From Nitrosopumilus sp. (GTDB taxonomy: Archaea > Thermoproteota > Nitrososphaeria > Nitrososphaerales > Nitrosopumilaceae): a DNA stretch of 64,000 bases. Positions 33,022-43,289 of this stretch are shown one piece after another. The stretch covers positions 1 to 64,000 of the forward strand of contig CBDBLX010000002.1 in the NCBI GenBank assembly GCA_965207445.1, in the 5' to 3' direction. Below the pieces are notes generated by a model that made no database searches, had not been told where the DNA came from, and saw nothing but the letters and a program-made list of their open reading frames with translations. Position numbers and translations under genes: made by a program. Each line of letters opens with the position of its first letter. The first letter of the stretch is position 1.

Positions 33022-33110
33022 AAAAAACACCCACAAACGTCAAGAATGTGTAGCCGGGAACGCCCCGCTAGCACACCCCATAGGAGACACACCGTATCGC
33101 CCTTTGACAT
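33022..33110 (-). ncRNA. Candidate DUF3800-associated structured RNA 2
   Basis: Minus strand: TTTTATTTA box (33131-33139), closing stem AUGUCAA/UUGACGU with G-U pair, internal hairpin 33047-33075, T6 tract (33022-33027). Confidence 0.6.
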
Positions 33111-33309
33111 TATCATATGGGCCTACTGCGTAAATAAAATTTCAGTTTTTAATAGCGTGTTGCATAATTCGTAAATTTATACTCCTCTGGGGTCGTGGCC
33201 ATGTGGTCTGAGTCGCGCAACCTACGTTACACAATTTGAAGCCACTCAAATGCTCTGTAAACTGGACAGGAAGACTGTCTGCCTCAAGATATGATGCCAG
33301 CGGGTGTGT

Positions 33310-33418
33310 AATAGTTTCATTAAAGATCCGATAGTTTTCTAATATTTTGTATTCATAATATGTGCTCAACTTCGAGATGAATATCAATCAAAATATCGGA
33401 TCTTTAATCATATCAGTA
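33310..33418. mobile_element. About 109-bp MITE inserted in a family-A arm
   Basis: Absent from the other two arm copies; inverted repeat ATTAAAGATCCGATA/TATCGGATCTTTAAT (33319-33408); TGTGT duplicated at the flanks. Confidence 0.75.
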
Positions 33419-34183
33419 TGTGTCAAGTCACGCCTACAACAAGCCATAAGCGGGCCGTGCTTCAAGCCTACAAAGTGTACGCGCAAAACATGGCGTGGGA
33501 TACGCCTTGGCATTTTGTGTGTACATACACATATCTTTATATTTGTATTTAAGCTGTACAATGTGCCATTATACAGCAGTGTAAATGTGCTAACGTGTTG
33601 GCATAACTCGATGCGCATCGAATTATGCAACACGCTATAAAAAATTGGTCAATTATTACCAAAAAATCAACAGTCGTATACACAGCAGCAAAATATTAGT
33701 CCCCGGTATATCTAATTACTTGTCTAGTCCCAAGAGCTTGATCAAATTGTTTTTCTAACATATCAAAGTAATCATCAAAGGCCGATACATCATCATCATT
33801 ACCATGCACTTTTTGATTGAGGGTAAATGGTTTTCGCATACCATTTTTCAAAACCATAGTCTGTTGTTTATATGCAAACATCTCCAAGAATACTTTTTTA
33901 CAGAACAGTTTTTGACAAATTTACCATCTTTCTCCAATTCATGTATTTTTTGCAGATCGAGATTATCCAAATCGATGATATAATCCCCCCAGGAATGTAA
34001 TCATTACTTGGAAATGATGTCGAATGCTCATTAGTTGAGTTTCCTAAAGTGTATTGTGATATTTGATCACCATAGTTAAAATCCACTATTTCTCCTGAAC
34101 ACAAAAACTACAAAATGATGTGAAAATAAAGACCTTCCACATATCATGATAAAATGAACATCAGTAGTGCACACCACTACCAT

Positions 34184-35494
34184 TTACAAAGTCAAATTTT
34201 TACGTTCAAGTATAGGACTAGTGTTCACCACTATTACATTTGGCATATCTGCCGTTGTTAGTTTTGCAACCTTATGATCATTTATTGTACACGGAATTAT
34301 AGCCACGGGTATTTGTAAGGTATTTAGATCATGAGGAAGTTCAGAGTACAATTCTACATCTGTTATCCATCCTTGTAACCTTTCAAGAAAAAAGTTGCAC
34401 ATTTCGCTATGATCGCCACGTAAAAGATTAGTGTCAAAATTCCACAACAAAATTACCTTTATTCTGGTACGTCTCAAGTCATGATCACGCATGACATATT
34501 TTATATGCTCAGGCAAATGTCGAACATATGATGTTATAATCTTAATAAATGAGTCTGTCATTCGTCGTAGAGGTCTTTTGATTTCAAGTGATGCAGATAT
34601 TATACGTAAATCAAGCAAGCCATCTAAAATTAAATCAATGTTCAAGTTTTGTATCCGCGGGTCTATTGTAAGTTCTGATGCTGCATCATTAGGAGTAGAA
34701 TCACCCAACTCTATAATAGAGCAAATATTAGCAAATCTTGATACTATATCTAATGCATGTTTGTACTCTGCTGCACGCACAGTGATAAATTTGGGCATTT
34801 TGAAATCTGGTCCGGTGGATAATAGTAGTCCAAGACGCTGATCAGTTATAGCAACATCATATACGCCAATGAATTGTGGAGGTGAGCGTCTGCTCTCTAA
34901 TGGATAGTAATAATAAAATACTTTAGTATTTGCCTCAAATCCTGTCATGTGTTCTAATATAGCAACATACTCTTCACCATCACCAATCCCAGCAGGTGCA
35001 CAGAATACTACAGATACGCCCTCACGTACATACTCAATGGCATCTTTGAAGAGTGATTGTATATTTGCCTTAATGTTATGCTCATTTGGTCGAATACGTG
35101 GAGTAAAGAATAGGTAATCGGCCTTTGATATTGCGACTGGTAATCGTTCCATTAGCATTATTGGTTCATCTTCTTTGAGTGTAGATATACTAGGATACGC
35201 TCTTGCAATTTCAGGATTCAGTGATATAGCAGTAGAATCTGACTCATCAACAATATAGACAACAGCACCATCTATTGCAGCTTGCCGTGCAATATTGTAC
35301 CCTTCGGTACTCATGCCAAATATTGTGACTGTGGGAGGAGGTTTGGAGGTGGTAGTGGTAGCAGTAGTGGTAGCAGTAGTGGTAGCAGTAGCATGATGTA
35401 TTTCATTAGGAATGGTTGTTGCTGCATTGGTGGTAGTGTCATTTTTTTTTGATTTTTTATTTTTAGAACTGTTCTTTACCATATGTACAGTCAC
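34184..35494 (-). CDS. Hypothetical protein, divergent nucleotide-sugar dehydrogenase-like fold
   Basis: VTIFGMSTEG Rossmann-like start after a Thr-rich N-terminus. Confidence 0.6.
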   Translation of the reverse strand: MTVHMVKNSSKNKKSKKNDTTTNAATTIPNEIHHATATTTATTTATTTTSKPPPTVTIFGMSTEGYNIARQAAIDGAVVYIVDESDSTAISLNPEIARAYPSISTLKEDEPIMLMERLPVAISKADYLFFTPRIRPNEHNIKANIQSLFKDAIEYVREGVSVVFCAPAGIGDGEEYVAILEHMTGFEANTKVFYYYYPLESRRSPPQFIGVYDVAITDQRLGLLLSTGPDFKMPKFITVRAAEYKHALDIVSRFANICSIIELGDSTPNDAASELTIDPRIQNLNIDLILDGLLDLRIISASLEIKRPLRRMTDSFIKIITSYVRHLPEHIKYVMRDHDLRRTRIKVILLWNFDTNLLRGDHSEMCNFFLERLQGWITDVELYSELPHDLNTLQIPVAIIPCTINDHKVAKLTTADMPNVIVVNTSPILERKNLTL

Positions 35495-35580
35495 AGTGGC
35501 TAAAAGAAAAACCTATTGTAAAATTTAGAATGTACGATCTAAAAAGTTCATTAAGGTATTGCATATGCTAGTGTATTATC

Positions 35581-35653
35581 AGCCCGGTAGTGTAGTGGTC
35601 AAGCATGGAGGGTTTTGGACCCTCCGACCCCAGTTCGAATCTGGGCCGGGCTA
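35581..35653 (+). tRNA. tRNA-Gln(UUG)
   Basis: Acceptor AGCCCGG/CCGGGCT, anticodon arm GAGGG-TT-TTG-GA-CCCTC, T-loop GTTCGAAT. Confidence 0.96.
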
Positions 35654-35699
35654 TTATTTTACTACATACAAAAGACATCATTACAAAGTAAAACAGTCA

Positions 35700-36470
35700 T
35701 CAAACATTTAGTTTTGTAAGCAATCTAGATGCAATTGCAAAAAATGTGCCTGCCAGTATAACCAATATTGCCACCTCTAGTATGACAAATGATGTAATGT
35801 TACCAAATATACCAGCTCTGATAATATCTACTAAATATGTCAAAGGATTAAAATAAAATGCAGTGCGTAACGGTTCCTGCACGCCGTCTGCAGGGTAAAA
35901 GGCAGTACTGACAAATGCAAAGAATAAAAATACAGTATTTATGATGACATTAAACCCTTCACTTGATCGAAGTCTGGTAGATATTATAGATGCAAGTGAA
36001 CCAAACAATACAGATCCAGATACAGCACCAAATATGACAAGAGGAATAGTTACAGATGACAGTACCACATCGTGAAAAAATATTGGATATCCTACTGCTA
36101 AAATAAACGACGCACTAACAAGACCAATTATCGCAATTGTAAGGATGTTGCTTAATATGTACTGTCCACGCGTAAATGGGCCTGACATTATCTGTTCAAA
36201 CATTCCATGTCGTCTATCATTCCATATTATTATACCAGAGACCAGAGTGCTGTTCATTATATTAAATCCAATCATACCAGATGCTAAAAACGCAGGATAA
36301 TCCAAATCTTTTGGGCCCAGTTGGATTCCAGATACTAGGGGAGCGTATGCAAATCCCGCTATGAATATGTATACGAGTGGAAATATTACCTGCCATATCA
36401 AAAATCCAGGATTGAGTGATATTGTGATGTTACGATTTACTAGTCGAAGTATGGGATGCATTGTAATCAC
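35700..36470 (-). CDS. ABC-2 type exporter permease
   Basis: 6 TM segments, NPLTYLVDIIR. Confidence 0.9.
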   Translation of the reverse strand: MITMHPILRLVNRNITISLNPGFLIWQVIFPLVYIFIAGFAYAPLVSGIQLGPKDLDYPAFLASGMIGFNIMNSTLVSGIIIWNDRRHGMFEQIMSGPFTRGQYILSNILTIAIIGLVSASFILAVGYPIFFHDVVLSSVTIPLVIFGAVSGSVLFGSLASIISTRLRSSEGFNVIINTVFLFFAFVSTAFYPADGVQEPLRTAFYFNPLTYLVDIIRAGIFGNITSFVILEVAILVILAGTFFAIASRLLTKLNV

Positions 36471-37639
36471 TAAAGTGTGTTGTTTGTAGTATTGTGATTA
36501 CCGATAGGTGTATTGTTGGAATTGTCATGTTGCGTCGATGATTGTTGTTGGTTTTGTTGTTGTTGTTGTTGGTTTTGGTTTTGTAGCACATTACGGTGCT
36601 CGGATTGCTTGTTAATGTGAGTCATATCCAAGAATATCTCCTCAAGACTAGTAGGGGTAGCAGACAGATCTTCTATCTCAATTCCAGCGTCATGTAGTAT
36701 CTGAAGCGTTTGCAATAAAGCAGAATCAGAGTTTGATGATCGGATGATAATGGTGGTCCGAGTCGATTTTTTGTTGTTGTTGTTGTTGTTATATGTGTCA
36801 TGCGTCATGTGTGAATTTGAGGCTTTTGTGTTATTTTGACTTGCATTATTGTGATGCGCATCACCACTATTGGAGTTGATCTGACAGCCTTGCACACCTG
36901 ATAACATTTCATGTAAATTTGGAGGGCTGTATGATAAATGAATCTTTATCGTCTTTTCATTTCCGAGTTTTGATTTTAATTCATCAGGTGTACTGACCTC
37001 TAATAATTGACCATTGTTCATTATTGCAATCTCATCGCACAAATACTCAACTTCACTAAGTATGTGTGTTGTGTAAAATATACTTAAACCCGTCTTGACT
37101 CTATTTCGAAGATAATCAAGCAAGTCACGACGCGCACTAGGATCAAGTCCTACTGTCGGCTCGTCTAAAAAGAGCAACTCCATATCATGCATGAATTCAC
37201 GCGCCACCTGAACACGCCTGCGCTGGCCTATTGAGAGATCTTCGTTGCGGCGATGTCGTATTTCAACAAGACCAAACTCTTCTAAAAGAGACTCTGCACG
37301 TTCATGGCAAACATGTTTTGGCACATTCCACATCATCCCATATTTTTCAAGTGACTTTTCAACTGATAGTGTGGGCTCATAGCTTAACTGTTGTAGTACA
37401 ACACCTATCTTGTGACGTACTGCAAGTGGCTCCCTTATGGCATCAATACCTAATACAGATATTGAGCCTACAGTGGGTCTGACAAGCGTAGTTAACATCT
37501 TGATTGTAGTTGATTTACCAGCCCCGTTTGGTCCCAAGAATCCAAATACGCATCCCTTTTGAACTGAAAACGAAATATCATTTACTGCAATTGTACTAGA
37601 ATATGACTTTGATAGGTGGCTTACATCTATACATGACAC
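36470..37639 (-). CDS. ABC exporter ATP-binding protein
   Basis: GPNGAGKST, LSIGQ, LDEPTVGLD. Confidence 0.93.
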   Translation of the reverse strand: MSCIDVSHLSKSYSSTIAVNDISFSVQKGCVFGFLGPNGAGKSTTIKMLTTLVRPTVGSISVLGIDAIREPLAVRHKIGVVLQQLSYEPTLSVEKSLEKYGMMWNVPKHVCHERAESLLEEFGLVEIRHRRNEDLSIGQRRRVQVAREFMHDMELLFLDEPTVGLDPSARRDLLDYLRNRVKTGLSIFYTTHILSEVEYLCDEIAIMNNGQLLEVSTPDELKSKLGNEKTIKIHLSYSPPNLHEMLSGVQGCQINSNSGDAHHNNASQNNTKASNSHMTHDTYNNNNNNKKSTRTTIIIRSSNSDSALLQTLQILHDAGIEIEDLSATPTSLEEIFLDMTHINKQSEHRNVLQNQNQQQQQQNQQQSSTQHDNSNNTPIGNHNTTNNTL

Positions 37640-38154
37640 AATTAAACACTGTCAGACGTATTTATAATCATAATTCAATGTTAATGTTAAATCAACCATA
37701 CATTTGATTATATCTAGGTGTAGATATATATGATTAGTTTATAGCCATTAATAAAATACAGTATAAATGCACTAGGTGAAAAATTTGTGTGAACCAAGCT
37801 CATTGGACACAATAATAAAATACATACTTATATTTGGTTATATTCCTGTCTGTATATCGAGTATCATGCATGCGATACATTTAGCTAAGAGTTATTTTTG
37901 AATGATCATATCAGTCATAGAGATTAGTTCACACAAAAATTTCAAGGTATAGACTCAGGTCAAATCATTAATTGGTTAAGACTTGGCACTACAAGGTGTG
38001 GGCATAAACTGTCCAATCAAGCCCTGATACAGAACAGGTGACAGAATCGTTGCCGCAGGTGTGTTGGTTTTATCTGAGTTTGTACCTTAAGTATTATAAA
38101 TTGCAATTTACAACTTTTATTACACACCATAACACAGCACAAGGTGATAAAGAA

Positions 38155-39729
38155 TTGACAGATATTGATGACCTAATAGACGAGATTACAAAACAGAGAC
38201 CAGAGTTAAACAAAGAAGAGATCTTGTCACGCATCAAAGCAAAAAAAGATGCAATCGGTGCAAACTATCTGACTGATAGAGGTGCGGTATTTTTGATTGC
38301 AAGTGAGTGTGGAATTACCATCGGCAAGCCAGTAAAATCAGATGTTGCAATAAAAGAGATGTATGCAGGTGCAGGCGAGGTTTCACTAGAGGTCAGAGTG
38401 TTGTGTGTGTCACCTATCAGAAAGTACACACAAAAAGACGGAGGGCAGGGCGCGCTTCGAACTATAACCGTATATGATAGTATAGAGGACACTGCAAGTG
38501 TAAAGTTGTGGAATGATAAAGCAAGCCTACCAGGGATAAACGAGTTAAAGCCGGGGGACTTTGTAAAAATCACAGGCGCCAACATAAAAGAAGAGAGAGG
38601 TAGAGGAGGAGATGACAATAGTAGTGAAGATACCAAAAAACCACTTGCAATTCATGTTGGGTCTGGCTCAATAATAGAGCCAGTTGATACACCACAACGC
38701 GAGATACCAACTATTCAGAGTATTACAAAAGATATCAGTGACTTGTCAGAGACTAAAAGTGAATCTAATCTGGTAGTCTCAGGCATACTAGATGGTAATA
38801 TACAGTTGTTAGAGTATACAAGACAACAGACAGGTGAGCAAGCAACTGCCCTCAAGTTTAGGATGAGGGGGGAGAATGACACTGGTGGTGGTGGTGGTGG
38901 TGGTGGTGGCAGTAGTGTAAGACGCATAGTGTTATGGGGCAAAGACATGTCATCAGTACCAAAAAAGATCACAACAGCATCTCCACAAGTGACATTAATT
39001 GGAGTATCTACAAAAATTACAGAGCAGCAAGGAATGGAAATTCATGGAAACGAGTCTACTCATTTTGAGATCAAAGGTGGAGAAGGAGACGGCAACGATA
39101 CAATAGATCCCATTACGATAAGAATTCTAGCAAAGCCCACACCAACAAACAGTAGCAACAATACCAACACAAGACAAGCCATTCTCGGGGTCGACTCTAA
39201 TGCCAAACTGTACACGATCATTGACAAGGACCAAGTATCAGTGGCATATAATGAAGGCGAGATAATAGAGTGTGTGCCCACTCGCATACAAGGCAGAAGT
39301 GTCACGCTAGACTCTAGCTCGTATATCAGAAGCATAAGTAGTGAGAGTACAGATGAGCAAGCAACAGCAATAATGCCGACATTAAAAGATGTGCTAACAC
39401 CCATACTCGATATAAAACCAGACGGCGGAATATACTGTATTGGTTGCGTCTTGTTTAATGCACCGGATATGCGAGAGATACTGACAAAAAATGGTGATAC
39501 AATACGTATGGCTGAAGTTGGAATCGGAGATGGTTCTGGTGAGGGTGTGATCAAAGCATGGAGAAACCAATCAACATTGTTTGAAAAATGCAATGTAGGA
39601 GACAAATACATCATAACAGGCATTAGAGCGCAGCAGGGTATGGGTGAGGGTATGGTAGACCTGACGTTGACTGAATACTCTACGATTACACCAGAAGCAT
39701 CTGTGAGAGAAGAGACGCCACAACAGTAA
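38155..39729 (+). CDS. Replication protein A-like multi-OB-fold ssDNA-binding protein
   Basis: Repeated OB folds (D..A.VKLWN, GDGSG..IKAW); probable TTG start at 38155 after AGGTGA. Confidence 0.8.
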   Translation: MTDIDDLIDEITKQRPELNKEEILSRIKAKKDAIGANYLTDRGAVFLIASECGITIGKPVKSDVAIKEMYAGAGEVSLEVRVLCVSPIRKYTQKDGGQGALRTITVYDSIEDTASVKLWNDKASLPGINELKPGDFVKITGANIKEERGRGGDDNSSEDTKKPLAIHVGSGSIIEPVDTPQREIPTIQSITKDISDLSETKSESNLVVSGILDGNIQLLEYTRQQTGEQATALKFRMRGENDTGGGGGGGGGSSVRRIVLWGKDMSSVPKKITTASPQVTLIGVSTKITEQQGMEIHGNESTHFEIKGGEGDGNDTIDPITIRILAKPTPTNSSNNTNTRQAILGVDSNAKLYTIIDKDQVSVAYNEGEIIECVPTRIQGRSVTLDSSSYIRSISSESTDEQATAIMPTLKDVLTPILDIKPDGGIYCIGCVLFNAPDMREILTKNGDTIRMAEVGIGDGSGEGVIKAWRNQSTLFEKCNVGDKYIITGIRAQQGMGEGMVDLTLTEYSTITPEASVREETPQQ

Positions 39730-39741
39730 TGCTCAAAATCA

Positions 39742-42597
39742 CTAGTCCCAAAATCCACGCGTTGTGACATACTGTCTTTCTGCCTCATAGATCTGTTTGA
39801 AGAGATTATCTTCATCATCACTTATCATATTACGCAATATACGCGCAGCAGTATCAGCACCGATACCGTGCCCAGAGATGACCATTACAGCAACTTTACC
39901 AAAGGATTCTATGAGAGATGCCACTTTCCAAGCTCGATCAAACTTTTTCTTCTCCTCAAGGGTGATTTTGATTCCACCAACTCTTTTACGAATGATACCA
40001 GACAGATTAATGTCAGAGTAATATGATGCGGTAATCTGTCCACTACGACAGTGCGGACATTTCAATTTACCTATTATATCACACGTCTCTACAATCCTCT
40101 CCCATTTACCACATCGCATGCATATCATACGATGTTTAGTATGTGTGATTCTGTTCTTGATGGAATCTAGTATGCGCTTGTCAAGTACAGCAGGTGACGA
40201 ATAATATCTAGAGGTATGGTCTAGTATTGGAACTGCCAATTTTGAGAATCCATCTGTCGCCTCATTCCAATGTACCAAAATCTGGCCATTTTTAATATAA
40301 TCAAGTATCATTTGGCATCCGTCGAGATCATACTTGTCATGAAATAGTTCTCGGAGTGCTTCTTTGACTATTGGTGTGTTTACATATTGATTGTACAAAA
40401 AGCGAGCAAACCTACTCTCATACATGTCACCTCGTCTTGTAGCACCAAATTTTTTTGCAGCACACCACACACGCCAATTAAGATTGTGAGTGCCTACAAG
40501 TGATGTGCCTATCACTTTTGGTAGGTCATAGTCATCTTGCAACAAACGTAACAGTAAGAGTTCAGATATGCGTATAGATGATGAAGATAAAACGATACGA
40601 TATCCATCTGAGCGAGAGTCTACTCGCGAATTTGAGAGTGCAGACAACATTGATGATAATAGTATTGCCAGAGTTGCATTGATACGGCTTCCAAAACAGC
40701 AATGTAGTATGATAACACCTTGTAGTTTTTGAGATTCGACTATAATACTACTATTTCCATTATTAATATAATTTTGATCAGTACTTTTTTGATCAGTAGA
40801 GTCGTAATTAATATTATTATGAACAGTATGATTATGTTTAGCATTATGTTTAGCATTATGTTCATCCATCAAAGGAATGTCAAATGTTATCTCATCAAAC
40901 ACGTGATTCTGAGCAGTAACTTTTCCATCTTTGATCAATCCACGTAGCTCACCCACCCTATACGCAGTCTTGTAATCAATTGGCATCGTCTCCCCCTCCC
41001 AATAAGGAACTGTCTTTGAAGCCGCACCTGACATATGTGGCCCAAGCGGCTCGACATTTACCGTAAATGACTTTTCATCCACATTTAGTATTCGCCACTG
41101 TGAACCACGAAGTACAAAGATGTTGCCTTGCTCACCATGATCACCAACAAACCTTTGATCAAGTGTTCCCATCCTTTTTCTGCCCACAGTATCAAATACC
41201 TTAAAGCGCAACATATCAGGTATAGTAGAGAGATTCTCAAAGTGATATGTAATGTACCGTCCACTTTTGATAAATGTCATATTTTCACGATCATATATAA
41301 TGAGTCTACTCTGATCAAGTTGTTCTAGTACTTGGGAGAATGTCTCTAATTCTAAGTTGTGGTATGGATATGCCTTTTTTATCATATCTAGTGCTGCATT
41401 AATTTTTATCTTGTGTGAGCCTGCCTGAATAGACAGTCCTATCATGTGGTGTGCCAAGACATCAAGCGCATTGAAATGCAGGTGTTGTTGTTCAATTGAG
41501 CCATTGTGTATGCGCTCTAAAATTGACATTGCTTCTAGCTCATCATCAGCACTGTTGGTTATGATTAATCCACGCGCAGAATCCCTGTTATGCCTGCTGC
41601 GGCCTATTCGTTGAATAAACTTTGAGACTTGCCGAGGAGAGCCATAATGAACAACCAATTCTACAGAGCCAATATCAATTCCTAGTTCAAGTGAGGATGT
41701 ACAGACTATAATACGCAGTCCTTTGCCCTCACGCAACAAGTGTTCTGTATCCTCTCTGACACTTTTTGACAATGAACCGTGGTGTAACTCAACTGGTGTT
41801 GTGGCTATCTCTTTTAGTACAGACGCCAAAAACTCAGCTTCTCCTCTAGTGTTTGTAAATAGTAAGACAGGGGAGTCTAAATTGTACTCTTTGATACGAT
41901 CATATATTGCGCGCGCAATATCAGATATTGAACCGCTCTCATACACGATATCAACATCATACTTGCGTAGCGTTCTGTCTTGTATGACACGACAGGGCCT
42001 ATTCGTACCAGAGACAAACTTTGCAGCATCAGAAATATTCCCAACAGTAGCAGATAATCCAATACGTGTTAATGGATGACGTGCATTTAATTCGAGTCGT
42101 TCTAAACTCAAAGAGAGTTGAGAGCCACGCTTGTTTGATAGCATCTCGTGGACCTCATCAATTACAACCCACTGTAAACTTGCAAGTGGCAACAACATCT
42201 TTGGCTGTGAGAGTAATACGACTAGTGTCTCTGGAGTTGTGATTAGTATATCAGGTGGGTTCTCTGTAATCTTTTTGCGCTGACTCTGGGGCGTATCCCC
42301 ATGCCGGATTCCAATTGTAAGATTGCAATTTTTAGCATATGTGGTTATACGACGAAAGACGTCCTTGTTTAGAGCACGAAGGGGTGTGATGTATAATATT
42401 TGGATGCCATCGTGTTTTGTTTTTTGTAGTGATTCTGATACTATAGTGAATATTGGAATTACAGAGCATTCAGTCTTGCCTGAGCCGGTGGGTGCCACAA
42501 CCAAGCAGTCACGTTTTTGAAGTATGAGAGGAGATGCTTTTGATTGTATAGTAGTTAGCCTCTCAAAGCCAAATTTTGCAAAAAGAGATTCAATCAC
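39742..42597 (-). CDS. Lhr-like DEAD/DEAH helicase
   Basis: APTGSGKT, DEVH, SAT, HHGSL, QRIGRS, C-terminal Zn ribbon; GTG 42597 start preferred. Confidence 0.92.
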   Translation of the reverse strand: MIESLFAKFGFERLTTIQSKASPLILQKRDCLVVAPTGSGKTECSVIPIFTIVSESLQKTKHDGIQILYITPLRALNKDVFRRITTYAKNCNLTIGIRHGDTPQSQRKKITENPPDILITTPETLVVLLSQPKMLLPLASLQWVVIDEVHEMLSNKRGSQLSLSLERLELNARHPLTRIGLSATVGNISDAAKFVSGTNRPCRVIQDRTLRKYDVDIVYESGSISDIARAIYDRIKEYNLDSPVLLFTNTRGEAEFLASVLKEIATTPVELHHGSLSKSVREDTEHLLREGKGLRIIVCTSSLELGIDIGSVELVVHYGSPRQVSKFIQRIGRSRHNRDSARGLIITNSADDELEAMSILERIHNGSIEQQHLHFNALDVLAHHMIGLSIQAGSHKIKINAALDMIKKAYPYHNLELETFSQVLEQLDQSRLIIYDRENMTFIKSGRYITYHFENLSTIPDMLRFKVFDTVGRKRMGTLDQRFVGDHGEQGNIFVLRGSQWRILNVDEKSFTVNVEPLGPHMSGAASKTVPYWEGETMPIDYKTAYRVGELRGLIKDGKVTAQNHVFDEITFDIPLMDEHNAKHNAKHNHTVHNNINYDSTDQKSTDQNYINNGNSSIIVESQKLQGVIILHCCFGSRINATLAILLSSMLSALSNSRVDSRSDGYRIVLSSSSIRISELLLLRLLQDDYDLPKVIGTSLVGTHNLNWRVWCAAKKFGATRRGDMYESRFARFLYNQYVNTPIVKEALRELFHDKYDLDGCQMILDYIKNGQILVHWNEATDGFSKLAVPILDHTSRYYSSPAVLDKRILDSIKNRITHTKHRMICMRCGKWERIVETCDIIGKLKCPHCRSGQITASYYSDINLSGIIRKRVGGIKITLEEKKKFDRAWKVASLIESFGKVAVMVISGHGIGADTAARILRNMISDDEDNLFKQIYEAERQYVTTRGFWD

Positions 42598-42850
42598 TTG
42601 ATTTTTTGGCTTTGTTTTGGTTGCTGGGTTTTGACTTTGTTTTGGTTGTGATGTTGTCTGAGGCAGTGTTGTTGTCTGAGGTGCTAATGGTTGTTTTTTC
42701 TTTTCCAGATGCGTGTTCTCTTTTTTTGATTTTTCTATCAGAGTCATTAATAGGGCTTGTTCTTGCTCGCTCATATAGAATTGCCCCTACCAGCCCAGCA
42801 GCAAACAACACAGTGCATATAATTGGAATATAATCAAATATTTCTGTCAT
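42590..42850 (-). CDS. Small single-TM protein
   Basis: Hydrophobic N-terminus, polar tail; its stop lies just past the helicase GTG (8-nt overlap). Confidence 0.55.
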   Translation of the reverse strand: MTEIFDYIPIICTVLFAAGLVGAILYERARTSPINDSDRKIKKREHASGKEKTTISTSDNNTASDNITTKTKSKPSNQNKAKKSSD

Positions 42851-43289
42851 GTTAGGGTTTTTGATAACTACCGTTAAAAATCTTAAGATTGACCAGCAAT
42901 CTTGTAACTGTTTTACGGCATGAGTAATAAAGCAACTAAAAAATCACAATGACGCGTGACTTTAATCTGTGTTAGAATTTGTGAGTGTCATCATATCAAA
43001 CATAATTCCTCTCAAATGGTATTGTAAGCTCAAAAAAAAAGAATCAAAATTGATCTCAATTATACAAAACACACAAGTGTAAAAACACACCAAATAGTTG
43101 GACATAAAATTAGAGTAAAAAATACAATCTAAAAAATATTATATGTCTACATTTAATATATATTTAATATACATTTAATATATATTCAACACACATGCAC
43201 AATACTCATAATCATTTCTCACTAAACCAAACATCAACAAACTTTACCAGTAACCGTTCAACCCCCCCCCCCCCCCCCCCCCCCCACCT

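Larger units (their letters stand above)
32392..33637. mobile_element. Non-autonomous composite family-A element carrying a DUF3800 3' fragment and a candidate ncRNA
   Basis: Ends TAACGTGTTGCATAATTC / GAATTATGCAACACGCTA; 8-bp TSD TAAAAAAT (32384-32391, 33638-33645); two copies of the roughly 340-bp left arm (32392, 33153) homologous to 16646-16993. Confidence 0.85.

Noticed and set aside
32416..33640. Short ORFs in family-A arms (also 16428-16742)
   Set aside because: Frames are not conserved between the three copies; non-coding or decayed
33696..34104. Two short minus-strand ORFs
   Set aside because: No motif support; possibly fragments of one decayed gene
35581..35653. tRNA-Gln as an integration site
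   Set aside because: No duplicated tRNA 3' end or integrase seen in the window
42597..42774. N-terminal extension of the helicase in the ORF track
   Set aside because: Low complexity and overlaps the small TM ORF; GTG 42597 is more parsimonious
43262..43285. C24 tract as a functional G-quadruplex
   Set aside because: Extends the C-run of the IS66-type end; homopolymer length is unreliable and may be a sequencing artefact
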